From positions 2,490 through 66,489 of the forward strand of contig ONEQ01000012.1 of the NCBI GenBank assembly GCA_900316885.1: DNA of 64,000 bases, written 5' to 3'. The notes below the pieces were generated by a model, which had not been told where the DNA came from, ran no database searches, and saw only the letters and a list, made by a program, of their open reading frames with translations. The translations under genes were made by a program, and so were the position numbers. Source of the stretch: an uncultured Eubacteriales bacterium. Its GTDB lineage: Bacteria; Bacillota; Clostridia; Oscillospirales; Ruminococcaceae. Positions 26,662 to 35,174 of the stretch are shown in pieces. Numbering within the stretch: the first letter of the stretch is position 1; each line of letters opens with the position of its first letter.

Positions 26662-28263
26662 TTATGCCAGCACACACCGGAACGCCGTCGGCAGGGAATA
26701 GGTGCTCTCCAGCTCCTCCGGGGTCACCCAGAGAAATTCCGCCGGCATTTCGCCGCATTCCAGAAAGACCCCGTGCATCTCCCATGTGATGTGCGTGAAA
26801 ATATGCCGGCGCTCCACGGTTTTGCGGATTTCCCGCGGGGATGCGCCCCATGCGCTGCACTGCGCGACAGCTTCCGGTTCCGTGAGTGTGCCGTCCACAT
26901 TCGGCAGCTCCCAGAGGGACGCAAGCAAGCCCTTGGCAGGGCGCTTCCGGACGGCGATCCTGCCGTCACAGGTCAGGACGAATACCGTGCGCTGTTCGAT
27001 GCGGCGCTTTGTGTTTTTTTCGCGCACCGGGAGCATCCCGCTGCTGTGATGCCGGAACGCCATGCAGATCCCCGACAGGGGACATTCCCCGCATTTCGGG
27101 GCGCCGTTCGGGACGCATACCACCGCCCCGATCTCGATGAGCGCCTGCGTCAGCTCGCCGGCACGGTCTGACGGATACACCGCGGCAAGCTGTGCGGTCA
27201 TATCGGATTTGACTCTGGCATCGAGGACATTGCGGAAATCCTCCTGCACCCGCGCCATGACGCGCAGGACATTGCCGTCCACGGCGGGCGTGGGGGCATC
27301 ATAGCAGATCGAGGAGATCGCCCCGGCGGTATAGTCCCCGATGCCGGGGAGCTCCCGGATTGCCGCATGCTCCTGCGGGAATCTGCCGCCGTGGTCATGC
27401 ATGACAGTCTGCGCCGCCTTTTGCAGATTCCGCACGCGGTTGTAATACCCCAGCCCCTCCCAGAGCTTGAGGAGCTTGTCCTCCGGGCAGGCGGCAAGTG
27501 CGGCAATATCCGGCAGCTCTGCCAGAAACCGCGCATAATAGCCCTTGACCGCCTCGACACGGGTTTGCTGGAGCATGATCTCCGACAGCCAGATGTGATA
27601 CGGCTCGCGGTCATGCCGCCACGGCAGATCCCGGTGATGCGCCGGATACCAGTCCAGGAGCTTCGGGATGATTTCGCCGGGGAGCCGGGATTTTTCCGTG
27701 GCAAGCTCCCGCATCCGGCGGATGATCTTCTCGTAGACCGGCAGCATGTGGGCTTCCGTGCAGAACTGCGCGATCTCCTCCGTTCCGAGCCACCGCACAT
27801 CCCGGTTCTCATCGGGCTTGGCGGCGACCGGCTGTGATACGGGCGCGATCAGTCCGTAGGTCACGTTGAAATGCAGATGCTCCGGCACGGGGTTGCCGTG
27901 CTTTTCGTGCGGGGGAACGGGGAGCGCATCGATGGAGAGGATGCGCCGCGTGAGGGGATAGAGCTGCGTGACGGAGGTTTCCTCCCGCGCCTCCCGGAGC
28001 GCGACGCCGAGCAGATCGGGATCGCCGTCCGCATGACCGCCCGTCCAGCCGACGGAGCCGTAGATGAGATGATACGCCATGAGTGTCTGCGTCAGATCCG
28101 GCGAGAGAATGAAACCGGAGCAGGTGATATGCCCCGCCGCGCAGTCCCGGTCGAGGATGCGGTCGCCGTAGGTATCGATGTGGGCGAGCAGCGCCGCCTT
28201 AGTCTCTGCCTCGGCTTCGGTGTAGGGGATGAAGGATGCGATTTCCTGTGAAAGCTGTGACAT
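26662..28263 (-). CDS. mutY: Nudix hydrolase domain fused to A/G-specific adenine glycosylase MutY
   Basis: Start at MSQLSQEI with AAGGAG 6 nt upstream. Residues ~40-190 are Nudix-like (GGHADGDPDLLGVALREAREETSV). The rest is MutY: PWRHDREPYHIWLSEIMLQQTRV, GLGYYNRVRNL, LPGIGDYTAGAI, the FeS cluster C-x6-C-x2-C-x5-C (CVPNGAPKCGECPLSGIC) and a C-terminal MutT-like domain. Confidence 0.85.
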   Translation of the reverse strand: MSQLSQEIASFIPYTEAEAETKAALLAHIDTYGDRILDRDCAAGHITCSGFILSPDLTQTLMAYHLIYGSVGWTGGHADGDPDLLGVALREAREETSVTQLYPLTRRILSIDALPVPPHEKHGNPVPEHLHFNVTYGLIAPVSQPVAAKPDENRDVRWLGTEEIAQFCTEAHMLPVYEKIIRRMRELATEKSRLPGEIIPKLLDWYPAHHRDLPWRHDREPYHIWLSEIMLQQTRVEAVKGYYARFLAELPDIAALAACPEDKLLKLWEGLGYYNRVRNLQKAAQTVMHDHGGRFPQEHAAIRELPGIGDYTAGAISSICYDAPTPAVDGNVLRVMARVQEDFRNVLDARVKSDMTAQLAAVYPSDRAGELTQALIEIGAVVCVPNGAPKCGECPLSGICMAFRHHSSGMLPVREKNTKRRIEQRTVFVLTCDGRIAVRKRPAKGLLASLWELPNVDGTLTEPEAVAQCSAWGASPREIRKTVERRHIFTHITWEMHGVFLECGEMPAEFLWVTPEELESTYSLPTAFRCVLA

Positions 28264-28314
28264 AAAAGCTCCTTTTGCATAAAAATCCCCCGCCCGGTGG
28301 GGCAGGGGCAATGG

Positions 28315-28728
28315 TTACGGTGTGTTCTTGATGACGTTCCGCGCCTTGATGACGATGTTCTTGTCGTTCTCATACGTCAGCATATGCGATGCATAGCCGA
28401 TGTCCACCCAGCGCACCTCGGAGATCTCCTCCTCCTGCGGGACGAAATCGTAGTTCTTAGCCTTGCCGATGAAATAGACCACGACCTTCTGCGTGTCGCG
28501 CTTCGGGGAATAGCTCACCGTTTCCCGGAAGGTCGGGTCGATGATGACATCGATCGACGTCTCCTCCTTGATCTCCCGGACGGCTGTCTCGACCTCCGTC
28601 TCACCGGCTTCCACATGTCCCTTGGGGAACGACCAGTGCCCGGAGTTGATGTGCCGGATCAGCAGGATCTCAATATTACCATGAAATCTGCGGTACACAA
28701 TGGCGCCGCAGGATTTTTCATGCCGCAT
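28315..28728 (-). CDS. Nudix hydrolase (Ap4A-hydrolase-like)
   Basis: SFPKGHVEAGETEVETAVREIKEETSIDV is a canonical Nudix box. 137 aa. Confidence 0.85.
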   Translation of the reverse strand: MRHEKSCGAIVYRRFHGNIEILLIRHINSGHWSFPKGHVEAGETEVETAVREIKEETSIDVIIDPTFRETVSYSPKRDTQKVVVYFIGKAKNYDFVPQEEEISEVRWVDIGYASHMLTYENDKNIVIKARNVIKNTP

Positions 28729-29104
28729 GTTCTCGCTTCCTTTCCCAATATACCGTCATCCCGGCGTTCCTGCCCATGCTCGCAGGGGTCAGGTGATGGT
28801 TTTGTAATCTTTTGTTGTAATTATTATAGCATATTTTATCTATTTTGTCCATATCTTTTTTTCGTGTTCCGAAAAAAATTTTTTCTGGAGAACGGTTATC
28901 TGCCCCATTTGCCGGAAAATGGTTCCGGAGACGGGAAATAGGGACTGTGCGAATTGAATAGGAACGGAGCTTCAAAACTGTGAACTTTTTATGATATTTT
29001 GCAAAACCTATTTACGAAATCGTTTAAATATGGTACAATATATAAAGAAGAAAAGATAAAGAGTCTGTCGGAGACAGCGCAGACCCAACCGAAAAGGAGC
29101 CAGC

Positions 29105-30301
29105 ATGAACGAAGAACCCATATTTACGCCGGAACAGTTCCGCGCCCAGGCGGTGGAGCTGAGTCAGGCGGTTGCCGAGCTGCATCGGCGGGATTCGCAG
29201 AGGATCGACCCGCATGACCCATTTGAGAACGAGACGGAATTTCATGATTATCAGAGCGACTATGCCGAGATCGTGCCGCAGATCCGTATTCCCGGCTGCC
29301 GCATCCCGCTGCGGGCAAATTCCCGCGAAAAGAGCAGAATCCGGCGCTTTTACAATATTGTCGGCGGCTTTATGCTGCTGCACCTGATCTGCTCCAATGT
29401 GATCGCGGTCGGTCTGGAGTGGCTGATTCTGGCGCTGCTGCGAATGTCGGACAGTGCGATGACAGCGCAGCTCCCGACGAATTACACGGAGCTGGCGATC
29501 GACTATATGGAGAATTCCTCCACGATCCTGGCGCTGAATATCCTTGCCATGGGCGTCACCAGCACGGCGCTTGCCCTACTGGGTCTGCGCATGACGAAGA
29601 TCTCGGTTCCGAGCCTGTTCCGCACGAAGAAATTTGACGGCATCACGGCGTTCAGCTATATCACGATCATCATCCTGCTACAGTGCGTATGCGGCTATGC
29701 AGCAGTCGGGCTGCGGGAGCTGTTTGACGGCGTGGGCGTGACGCTGTATGAGCCGGATATCAGCATGGGACAGGATCTGAAAACGACGATTCTGTCGCTG
29801 ATCTACGGCGTGATCGTCGCGCCGTTCACCGAGGAGCTCCTGATGCGCGGCTTTGTGCAGAAGAATCTCTCCCGCGTGAGTCAGCGCTTTGGCATCGTCA
29901 TGACGGCGTTCCTGTTCGGGCTGTGGCATGAGAATGTGGCGCAGTTTGTTCTGGCGTTCGTGGGTGGTCTGTTCTTCGGCTATATCGCAGCCAAGCATGA
30001 TTCCCTGATGCCGTCGATGATCTGCCACATGGCGGTGAATCTGGTCGCGGAGATCGGATCCCTCTTTGAGGAGCGTGGCTGGGAGACTGCCATGACCGTG
30101 CTGGACTGCATCTATTTCGGACTGGCGCTGGTGGGACTGGTGATGCTTATCCGTCTGCTGATTGTGGAGCGTTTTCCGCGCACAACGCCGCATCAGGCAG
30201 AGCGCGGACTGCGGCAGGCATTTGCAAGCCCGCTGCTGATGGCGGTCTGCGCGAGCCATATCGCCGTCATGGTTGCCCTGATCGTTCAGAAGACGAAATA
30301 G
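29105..30301 (+). CDS. CPBP family intramembrane glutamic endopeptidase (CAAX protease/Abi)
   Basis: APFTEELLMRGF, FGLWHEN and CHMAVNL motifs. Multi-TM. AAGGAG RBS. Confidence 0.85.
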   Translation: MNEEPIFTPEQFRAQAVELSQAVAELHRRDSQRIDPHDPFENETEFHDYQSDYAEIVPQIRIPGCRIPLRANSREKSRIRRFYNIVGGFMLLHLICSNVIAVGLEWLILALLRMSDSAMTAQLPTNYTELAIDYMENSSTILALNILAMGVTSTALALLGLRMTKISVPSLFRTKKFDGITAFSYITIIILLQCVCGYAAVGLRELFDGVGVTLYEPDISMGQDLKTTILSLIYGVIVAPFTEELLMRGFVQKNLSRVSQRFGIVMTAFLFGLWHENVAQFVLAFVGGLFFGYIAAKHDSLMPSMICHMAVNLVAEIGSLFEERGWETAMTVLDCIYFGLALVGLVMLIRLLIVERFPRTTPHQAERGLRQAFASPLLMAVCASHIAVMVALIVQKTK

Positions 30302-30419
30302 GAAACCTCTAAAAGCGATGATTTTAGAGGTGGGGGTGTGGGGCGAAGCCTCACGCATAGTCCTTATACTTTTCGCAGAAAAGTAAAAGGGGCGGATTTT
30401 AGAGCGTCTCAATAGCCTG

Positions 30420-31079
30420 CTATTTCAGCAGCTCCTGCCGGAGAAAGAGGAGCAGCTTCTTTTCACGGCGCGAGACCTGTACCTGCGTCATGCCCAGCAC
30501 CTGTGCCGTGCGGCTCTGCGTGAGCTCCTGAAAATAGCGCAGCTCCAGCAGCTTTCGGTCGGCAGGCGCCAGCAGCGCCATGACCTGCCGGAGCGCGAGC
30601 GAATCGCTGATCTGCTCATCCGGCGCCGGTACGGCGACATCGAGCTGTCCCTCGTCCTCGTCGGGTGCCGTCAGGGAGAGGACGGGCGCACAGGCACAGA
30701 GAGCCGTGGTGATCTCCTCGGCGGAGGTGCCGGTCTGCTCGGCAAGCCATGAGAGCGCCGGTTCACAGCCGTGGGCTTTCTGGTAGGCTTCCGTGAGCTG
30801 CTGGATCTTCAGGGACAATTCCCGCAGGCTGCGGGAGACATGCACCGTCCCCGCGCTCCGGAACAGCCGCTTGATCTCGCCCAGAATGACCGGCACGGCA
30901 TAGGTCGAGAACTGCACGCCGCGTGCGGGGTCAAAGGCATTTGCCGCCTTGACGAGTCCCTCGCATCCGGCGGAATAGAGATCCTCGTAGGGGATGCCGC
31001 GATTGCGGAACCGGTTGGCGCAGAGGTGTACCAGTCCGAGGTGATCCTCGGCACGCGGGGCATCAGGCTTCGTTCTCAT
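30420..31079 (-). CDS. sigF: Sporulation sigma factor SigF
   Basis: VQFSTYAVPVILGEIKRLFRSAGTVHVSRSLRELSLKI and MTQVQVSRREKKLL are close to B. subtilis SigF motifs. Follows spoIIAA-spoIIAB. Confidence 0.88.
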   Translation of the reverse strand: MRTKPDAPRAEDHLGLVHLCANRFRNRGIPYEDLYSAGCEGLVKAANAFDPARGVQFSTYAVPVILGEIKRLFRSAGTVHVSRSLRELSLKIQQLTEAYQKAHGCEPALSWLAEQTGTSAEEITTALCACAPVLSLTAPDEDEGQLDVAVPAPDEQISDSLALRQVMALLAPADRKLLELRYFQELTQSRTAQVLGMTQVQVSRREKKLLLFLRQELLK

Positions 31080-31509
31080 GCTGCACCCCGAGTCTCCGGC
31101 GCATGGTCAGGACGGTACCCTGTCCGCGCCGGCTGCGGACGTGGAGTGAATCGGTGAAGGTCTGCATGATGGCAAAGCCCAGCCCGGCGCGGTCCTCCTC
31201 GGGTGCGGAGGTGTACAGCGGCTCCATCGCCTTGGCGACATCGGGGATGCCGCAGCCCTTGTCAGCGACGCGAATGTAGAGGACACGCCCCGGCAGCATC
31301 CGCAGGCAGACGGCAACCTCCCCCTCGGTATCGCGGTAGCCGTGGACGATGGCATTGGTGACGGCTTCGGAGATGACGGTGCGCAGATCGGCAAGCTCCT
31401 GCGCGGTCGGATCGGCGGGGATGAGGAAAGCCGACAGCGCCGCACGCGCCAGCGCTTCATTGGCGGAATTGGCGGGGAAGGAGCAGCGGAATTCGTTGAG
31501 AATCTTCAT
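31063..31509 (-). CDS. spoIIAB: Anti-sigma F factor / serine kinase SpoIIAB
   Basis: HATPase motifs: ISEAVTNAIVHGY, ADKGCGIPD, GLGFAIMQ. Confidence 0.9.
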   Translation of the reverse strand: MKILNEFRCSFPANSANEALARAALSAFLIPADPTAQELADLRTVISEAVTNAIVHGYRDTEGEVAVCLRMLPGRVLYIRVADKGCGIPDVAKAMEPLYTSAPEEDRAGLGFAIMQTFTDSLHVRSRRGQGTVLTMRRRLGVQHENEA

Positions 31510-31835
31510 GACACGACCTCCTTCCGTGAGGTGCGGATGCGGGCGAGCCGTTCCATCCCGGCAAGCCGGAGGATGCGGCTGATGTGCGGCGCGGGATCCT
31601 GGAGGATGAGCTCCCCGCCCAGCGGATGGAGAATCTTGTAGCGTCCCATAATGAGCCCGATCCCGGAGCTGTCCATGAAGCTCACCCCCGAAAAGTCGAG
31701 GACGAGGATTTTCGGTGTGCGGGCATAGAGCGCGGCATCGATCTCCGCACGGAGCGAGCCGGCGCAGTGGTGGTCGATCTCCCCGGACAGCGCAGCGGTG
31801 AGCGTGTCCGCAGAGGCATCATAAAAAATCTGCAT
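31506..31835 (-). CDS. spoIIAA: Anti-anti-sigma factor SpoIIAA (STAS)
   Basis: Start at MQIFYDASADTL after an AAAGGA RBS. STAS phospho-Ser context FMDSSGIGLIMGR. Confidence 0.85.
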   Translation of the reverse strand: MQIFYDASADTLTAALSGEIDHHCAGSLRAEIDAALYARTPKILVLDFSGVSFMDSSGIGLIMGRYKILHPLGGELILQDPAPHISRILRLAGMERLARIRTSRKEVVS

Positions 31836-32106
31836 GGCGTGAATCCTTTCTGTTTTTCTTTTATTGTAGCACACCGGGCGTGTCAGAATTTGCTGAAACC
31901 GGGAAGTAACGGTTCAGGGTGTGCCGCGGAAAGCTTAAGGCAACACCGCACAAAGACCGCCTGACGGCTCAGCACGTCATCTGTACCCCATCTTTTCCTT
32001 GCTCTGCATAAGCGATCAGCACCAAATCATAGATTTATGCAAAGCTCCGAAAAATCTGTGGCACATCTGACGCACTGTCCTTTGTACGGTATTACCTTAA
32101 AGAAAA

Positions 32107-32135
32107 TTTTAAGTTGTTTTAAGACTGTTTTAAGA
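32107..32135 (+). promoter_or_regulatory. Three direct repeats (G)TTTTAAG(A) upstream of the VTC gene
   Basis: Copies start at 32107, 32117 and 32128, a 10-11 bp period. A TATACT -10-like hexamer lies at 32145-32150. No -35 consensus is present. Confidence 0.35.
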
Positions 32136-32204
32136 ACAGTGCTTTATACTATAAGTGTAATCAAACAACGGACGTGATAAACTAACACGAAAGGAGCATC
32201 TGTT

Positions 32205-33056
32205 ATGGCTATCAGTACATTTATGAGAAAAGAGATCAAGTTCATGCTGAACATGGATCAGTACGAGAGACTGTTAGAGGAGATCCACAAGCACATGGAT
32301 CCGGATAAATTCTGCGTCGGCGGCAAGGATTACGGTATCTACAATCTTTATTACGACACACCTGATGATTACCTCATCCGCACCTCGCTCGAAAAGCCCT
32401 ATTATAAGGAGAAGATCCGCCTGAGAAGCTATTTCTCCCCTGCAAAGCCGAGCGACACGGTGTTCCTCGAGATCAAGAAGAAGGTCGGCGGTATCGTCAC
32501 CAAGCGCCGCGTGACCCTCACCCTCGCAGAATCCGATGCGTATCTCATGCAGCGCCAGAAGCCTGTTGATCTGACCAAGTACCTCCAGAAGCAGATCTTC
32601 TCGGAGCTGGATGTGTTCCTCGACAGCTATCCTATCGCGCCCAAGCAGTACATCAGCTACCAGAGAAGCGCATTCTTCGGCAAGGATGACCCGGATTTCC
32701 GCCTCACCTTCGACCGCAACATCACCGAGCGCCGCTACGATCTGTCTCTGGCAATGCCCAGCTACGGCGCACAGGTCATCGCCCCGAACCAGCGTCTGAT
32801 GGAAGTCAAGATCGCCGGTGCGATGCCCCTCTGGCTCTCCGAAAAGCTCGCAGAGCTGGAGATCTACAAAATCAGCTTTTCCAAGTACGGCAGAGCTTAC
32901 CAGCGGTTTGTCCGCCACCAGCTCTACAAGGCAGGACATTTCCAGACGCAGGAAGCGCCGCAGTCCGCAGAGGCGCCTGCAAGCAGGATCCTGCAAAAGA
33001 AAACGGCAGCCAGCCGCATCTACCGCCCGACCGCAAACGGCATCGTGCTCCCGTGA
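32205..33056 (+). CDS. VTC domain-containing protein (polyphosphate-polymerase-like triphosphate tunnel fold)
   Basis: RKEIKFMLNMDQYERLL...YGIYNLYYDTPDDYLIRTSLEKPYYKEKIRLRSY...EIKKKVGGIVTKRR is a typical bacterial VTC pattern. Confidence 0.75.
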   Translation: MAISTFMRKEIKFMLNMDQYERLLEEIHKHMDPDKFCVGGKDYGIYNLYYDTPDDYLIRTSLEKPYYKEKIRLRSYFSPAKPSDTVFLEIKKKVGGIVTKRRVTLTLAESDAYLMQRQKPVDLTKYLQKQIFSELDVFLDSYPIAPKQYISYQRSAFFGKDDPDFRLTFDRNITERRYDLSLAMPSYGAQVIAPNQRLMEVKIAGAMPLWLSEKLAELEIYKISFSKYGRAYQRFVRHQLYKAGHFQTQEAPQSAEAPASRILQKKTAASRIYRPTANGIVLP

Positions 33057-33089
33057 GCCGTGCCATGCTATAGAGAAAGGAAGTACATT

Positions 33090-33791
33090 ATGTTTGATTC
33101 GTTGCTGCAATCGGCAGAGTCCGCTTACGCTGCCACCACCCAGGTCAATATCGGTTCGTTCCTCGCGTGTACCATTGCCGCGATCATCCTCGGCTTCGGC
33201 GTGAGTGTCCTCTATATGCTGACCCATAAGAAGGAGGGCTACACCCAGAGCTATGCTGTGACCCTCATCATGCTCCCGCCCATCGTGTGCGTGCTGCTGA
33301 TGCTCATCAACTTCATCGGCGGTATCGCAATCGCCGGCATCTTCGGACTGACCCGCTACAGAAGCGTGGCAGCAGACCCGAAGGACATCGGCTATGTGTT
33401 CCTGGCAATGGCAGTCGGCGTAGTGACCGGCATGGGCTATATCGCGTATGCGATTATCTTCCTGGTGCTGATGGCGATTGTGCTCTTTGCACTGAATACG
33501 CTGAATTACGCGGCACCCAAGAACTCCGACATGACCCTGAAGATCTCCGTACCGGAGAACCTGAACTATGACGGTCTGTTTGACCCGATCCTGGACAGAT
33601 ACTGCGCAAGCTGGAGACTCCGCAGAGTCAAGACGACCAACTTCGGCTCGATGTTCGACTGCATCTACAGCATCCAGCTCCCGCTGAACGTGGATCAGAA
33701 GAAGATGATCGACGAGCTGCGCACCAAGAACGGCAACATGACTATCACCCTGACCCTGTTCAAATACGACGATAAGATCTACGAAAAGTAA
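33090..33791 (+). CDS. DUF4956 family membrane protein (usual partner of bacterial VTC proteins)
   Basis: Start MFDSLLQSAES after AAAGGAAG. TM helices, then GLTRYRSVAADPKDIGYVFLAMAVGVVTGMG. Confidence 0.7.
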   Translation: MFDSLLQSAESAYAATTQVNIGSFLACTIAAIILGFGVSVLYMLTHKKEGYTQSYAVTLIMLPPIVCVLLMLINFIGGIAIAGIFGLTRYRSVAADPKDIGYVFLAMAVGVVTGMGYIAYAIIFLVLMAIVLFALNTLNYAAPKNSDMTLKISVPENLNYDGLFDPILDRYCASWRLRRVKTTNFGSMFDCIYSIQLPLNVDQKKMIDELRTKNGNMTITLTLFKYDDKIYEK

Positions 33792-33812
33792 GACCTTTCA
33801 TGTACCACAGAG

Positions 33813-33847
33813 CACCGGATGTATGACATCCGGTGTTCATTTTGTGC
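33813..33847 (+). terminator. Intrinsic terminator of the VTC/DUF4956 operon
   Basis: Perfect 10-bp stem caccggatgt-atg-acatccggtg followed by ttcattttgtg. Confidence 0.8.
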
Positions 33848-34357
33848 AGACAACCTCTTTTGACAGCGTGTAAAAAATGCAGATGAGGTATAAAATTTGG
33901 TGAAATCGGCGGATATTTGTACCGACTAATAAGATGAACGAAATGTGAATATGAAATTACTCACCTGAATTTCACAGTTATTTCATATTTAAGGGAACGA
34001 AATTACGCAAAACAACCCCGAAACTGCAAGTTTATAAGACAAATGGTTGGTAATAAATAGTATTGGGTATTGAATTGGGGTATAAAATCGAGTAAAATAA
34101 TGAAAACAGCGGTGATACGGGCACTTGAAGATAGAAGGACAGGAGGTTTCCCCTCTCAAATGCTTCCGTCCTTCGATTGCAGATCTTCAAGAACGTCTGA
34201 TCTCAAAGCTGTTGAAGAATAGGGTGCTTTAACAATAGCGCAGTGGAATTTCGGTTCCAGTTGAGGCATGATATTCTTCAAAGAAGTAACAGCTTGCAGT
34301 GCAGATGGGCGAAAGCTCAGGATTAAGCTGTAACATCTTTTACCTTCCTCTTTATGA

Positions 34358-34392
34358 AAACATCCGGCAGACGCCGGATGTTTTTGTTTTTT
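34358..34392 (+). terminator. Orphan intrinsic terminator in the AT-rich islet
   Basis: aaacatccggc-agac-gccggatgttt followed by TTGTTTTTT. No credible plus-strand CDS ends upstream of it. Confidence 0.65.
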
Positions 34393-34441
34393 CGGTGGAT
34401 GAAATGAAGAAATGGCTTTGATGACATTGCAAATAAAACTA

Positions 34442-34470
34442 TTGACATTGCCAATAAAATAGTGTATACT
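34442..34470 (+). promoter_or_regulatory. Promoter TTGACA-17-TATACT
   Basis: Located 22 nt upstream of the ATG at 34492. AAGGAGG RBS follows. Confidence 0.65.
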
Positions 34471-34491
34471 ATTTTTAAGGAGGTGACATGT

Positions 34492-35004
34492 ATGGCACAT
34501 AAATACTTTTACCTTACTTGCCCCAAATGCCATAGCTTTGGTTCCAATATGATAATAGTGACACATCCACAAACTGCTGACAATATAGCGTTTTGTCAAA
34601 AATGTGGAAATACATGGGGTTCTTCAATTATCACAAATAATAATCGCTTTCTTTGGATCATCGGCTTTCTTGCATGCCCAATCGGTGCAATATTTCTTCT
34701 TTTTTTAATGCAATCATCTCAAACTCCAATCAATCCCAGTCCAGAAATCCAAACGCTTATTTCACAAAAGATTCGTGAACAAGAAATAGCTCGTGAGAAA
34801 GCAAGGGATGAGGAAATGCAAAGGGCGAATGCGCGCGGCGCGGCGGCGGAAATTTATAGAAATGGAGGTGCATGTTGGAATTGTGCCTATAATAATGCCA
34901 CTAGTTTCTGCGATAAGCCAGGTTCCGACATGTACAACAAGCAAACATTCGACACAGAAGCAGTGTATGGTGTGAAAGCATGCCCATATTGGAAGAAAAG
35001 ATGA
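34492..35004 (+). CDS. Hypothetical zinc-ribbon membrane protein
   Basis: AAGGAGG 8 nt upstream. N-terminal CPKC...CQKC ribbon, one TM (FLWIIGFLACPIGAIFLLFLM), a charged helix, and a Cys-rich C-terminus (CWNC...C...C). Low-GC codon usage. Confidence 0.55.
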   Translation: MAHKYFYLTCPKCHSFGSNMIIVTHPQTADNIAFCQKCGNTWGSSIITNNNRFLWIIGFLACPIGAIFLLFLMQSSQTPINPSPEIQTLISQKIREQEIAREKARDEEMQRANARGAAAEIYRNGGACWNCAYNNATSFCDKPGSDMYNKQTFDTEAVYGVKACPYWKKR

Positions 35005-35061
35005 ATCCTGCAAAACTGATTATGTTTTTTTCTCTTCCAAAAGATTTCATCCAAAAACCAC

Positions 35062-35089
35062 TTGACAAATTCTGAAAATGTTGTATAAT
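35062..35089 (+). promoter_or_regulatory. Promoter TTGACA-16-TATAAT
   Basis: Both hexamers are perfect. Upstream of the zinc-ribbon gene at 35175. Confidence 0.65.
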
Positions 35090-35174
35090 TTATATTAGGA
35101 GTGTAACTCAGGGGGAAGCTATGCCCGGCAGAGGAGGCTCCCCAAAAGAACATTGGTTTAAGGAGATGAGTACT

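Noticed and set aside
26188-27171. 327-aa plus-strand ORF and the 100-190-aa ORFs in 25994-26789
   Set aside because: They run through the ~87-bp tandem repeats and then antisense into mutY, with the same Gly/Pro/Ala/Arg repeat-derived composition.
34156-34599. 147-aa minus-strand ORF in the AT-rich islet
   Set aside because: It reads straight through the orphan terminator hairpin, the TTGACA-17-TATACT promoter and the start of the plus-strand zinc-ribbon gene. It has no RBS at its ATG. Only small sub-ORFs remain conceivable (see findings).
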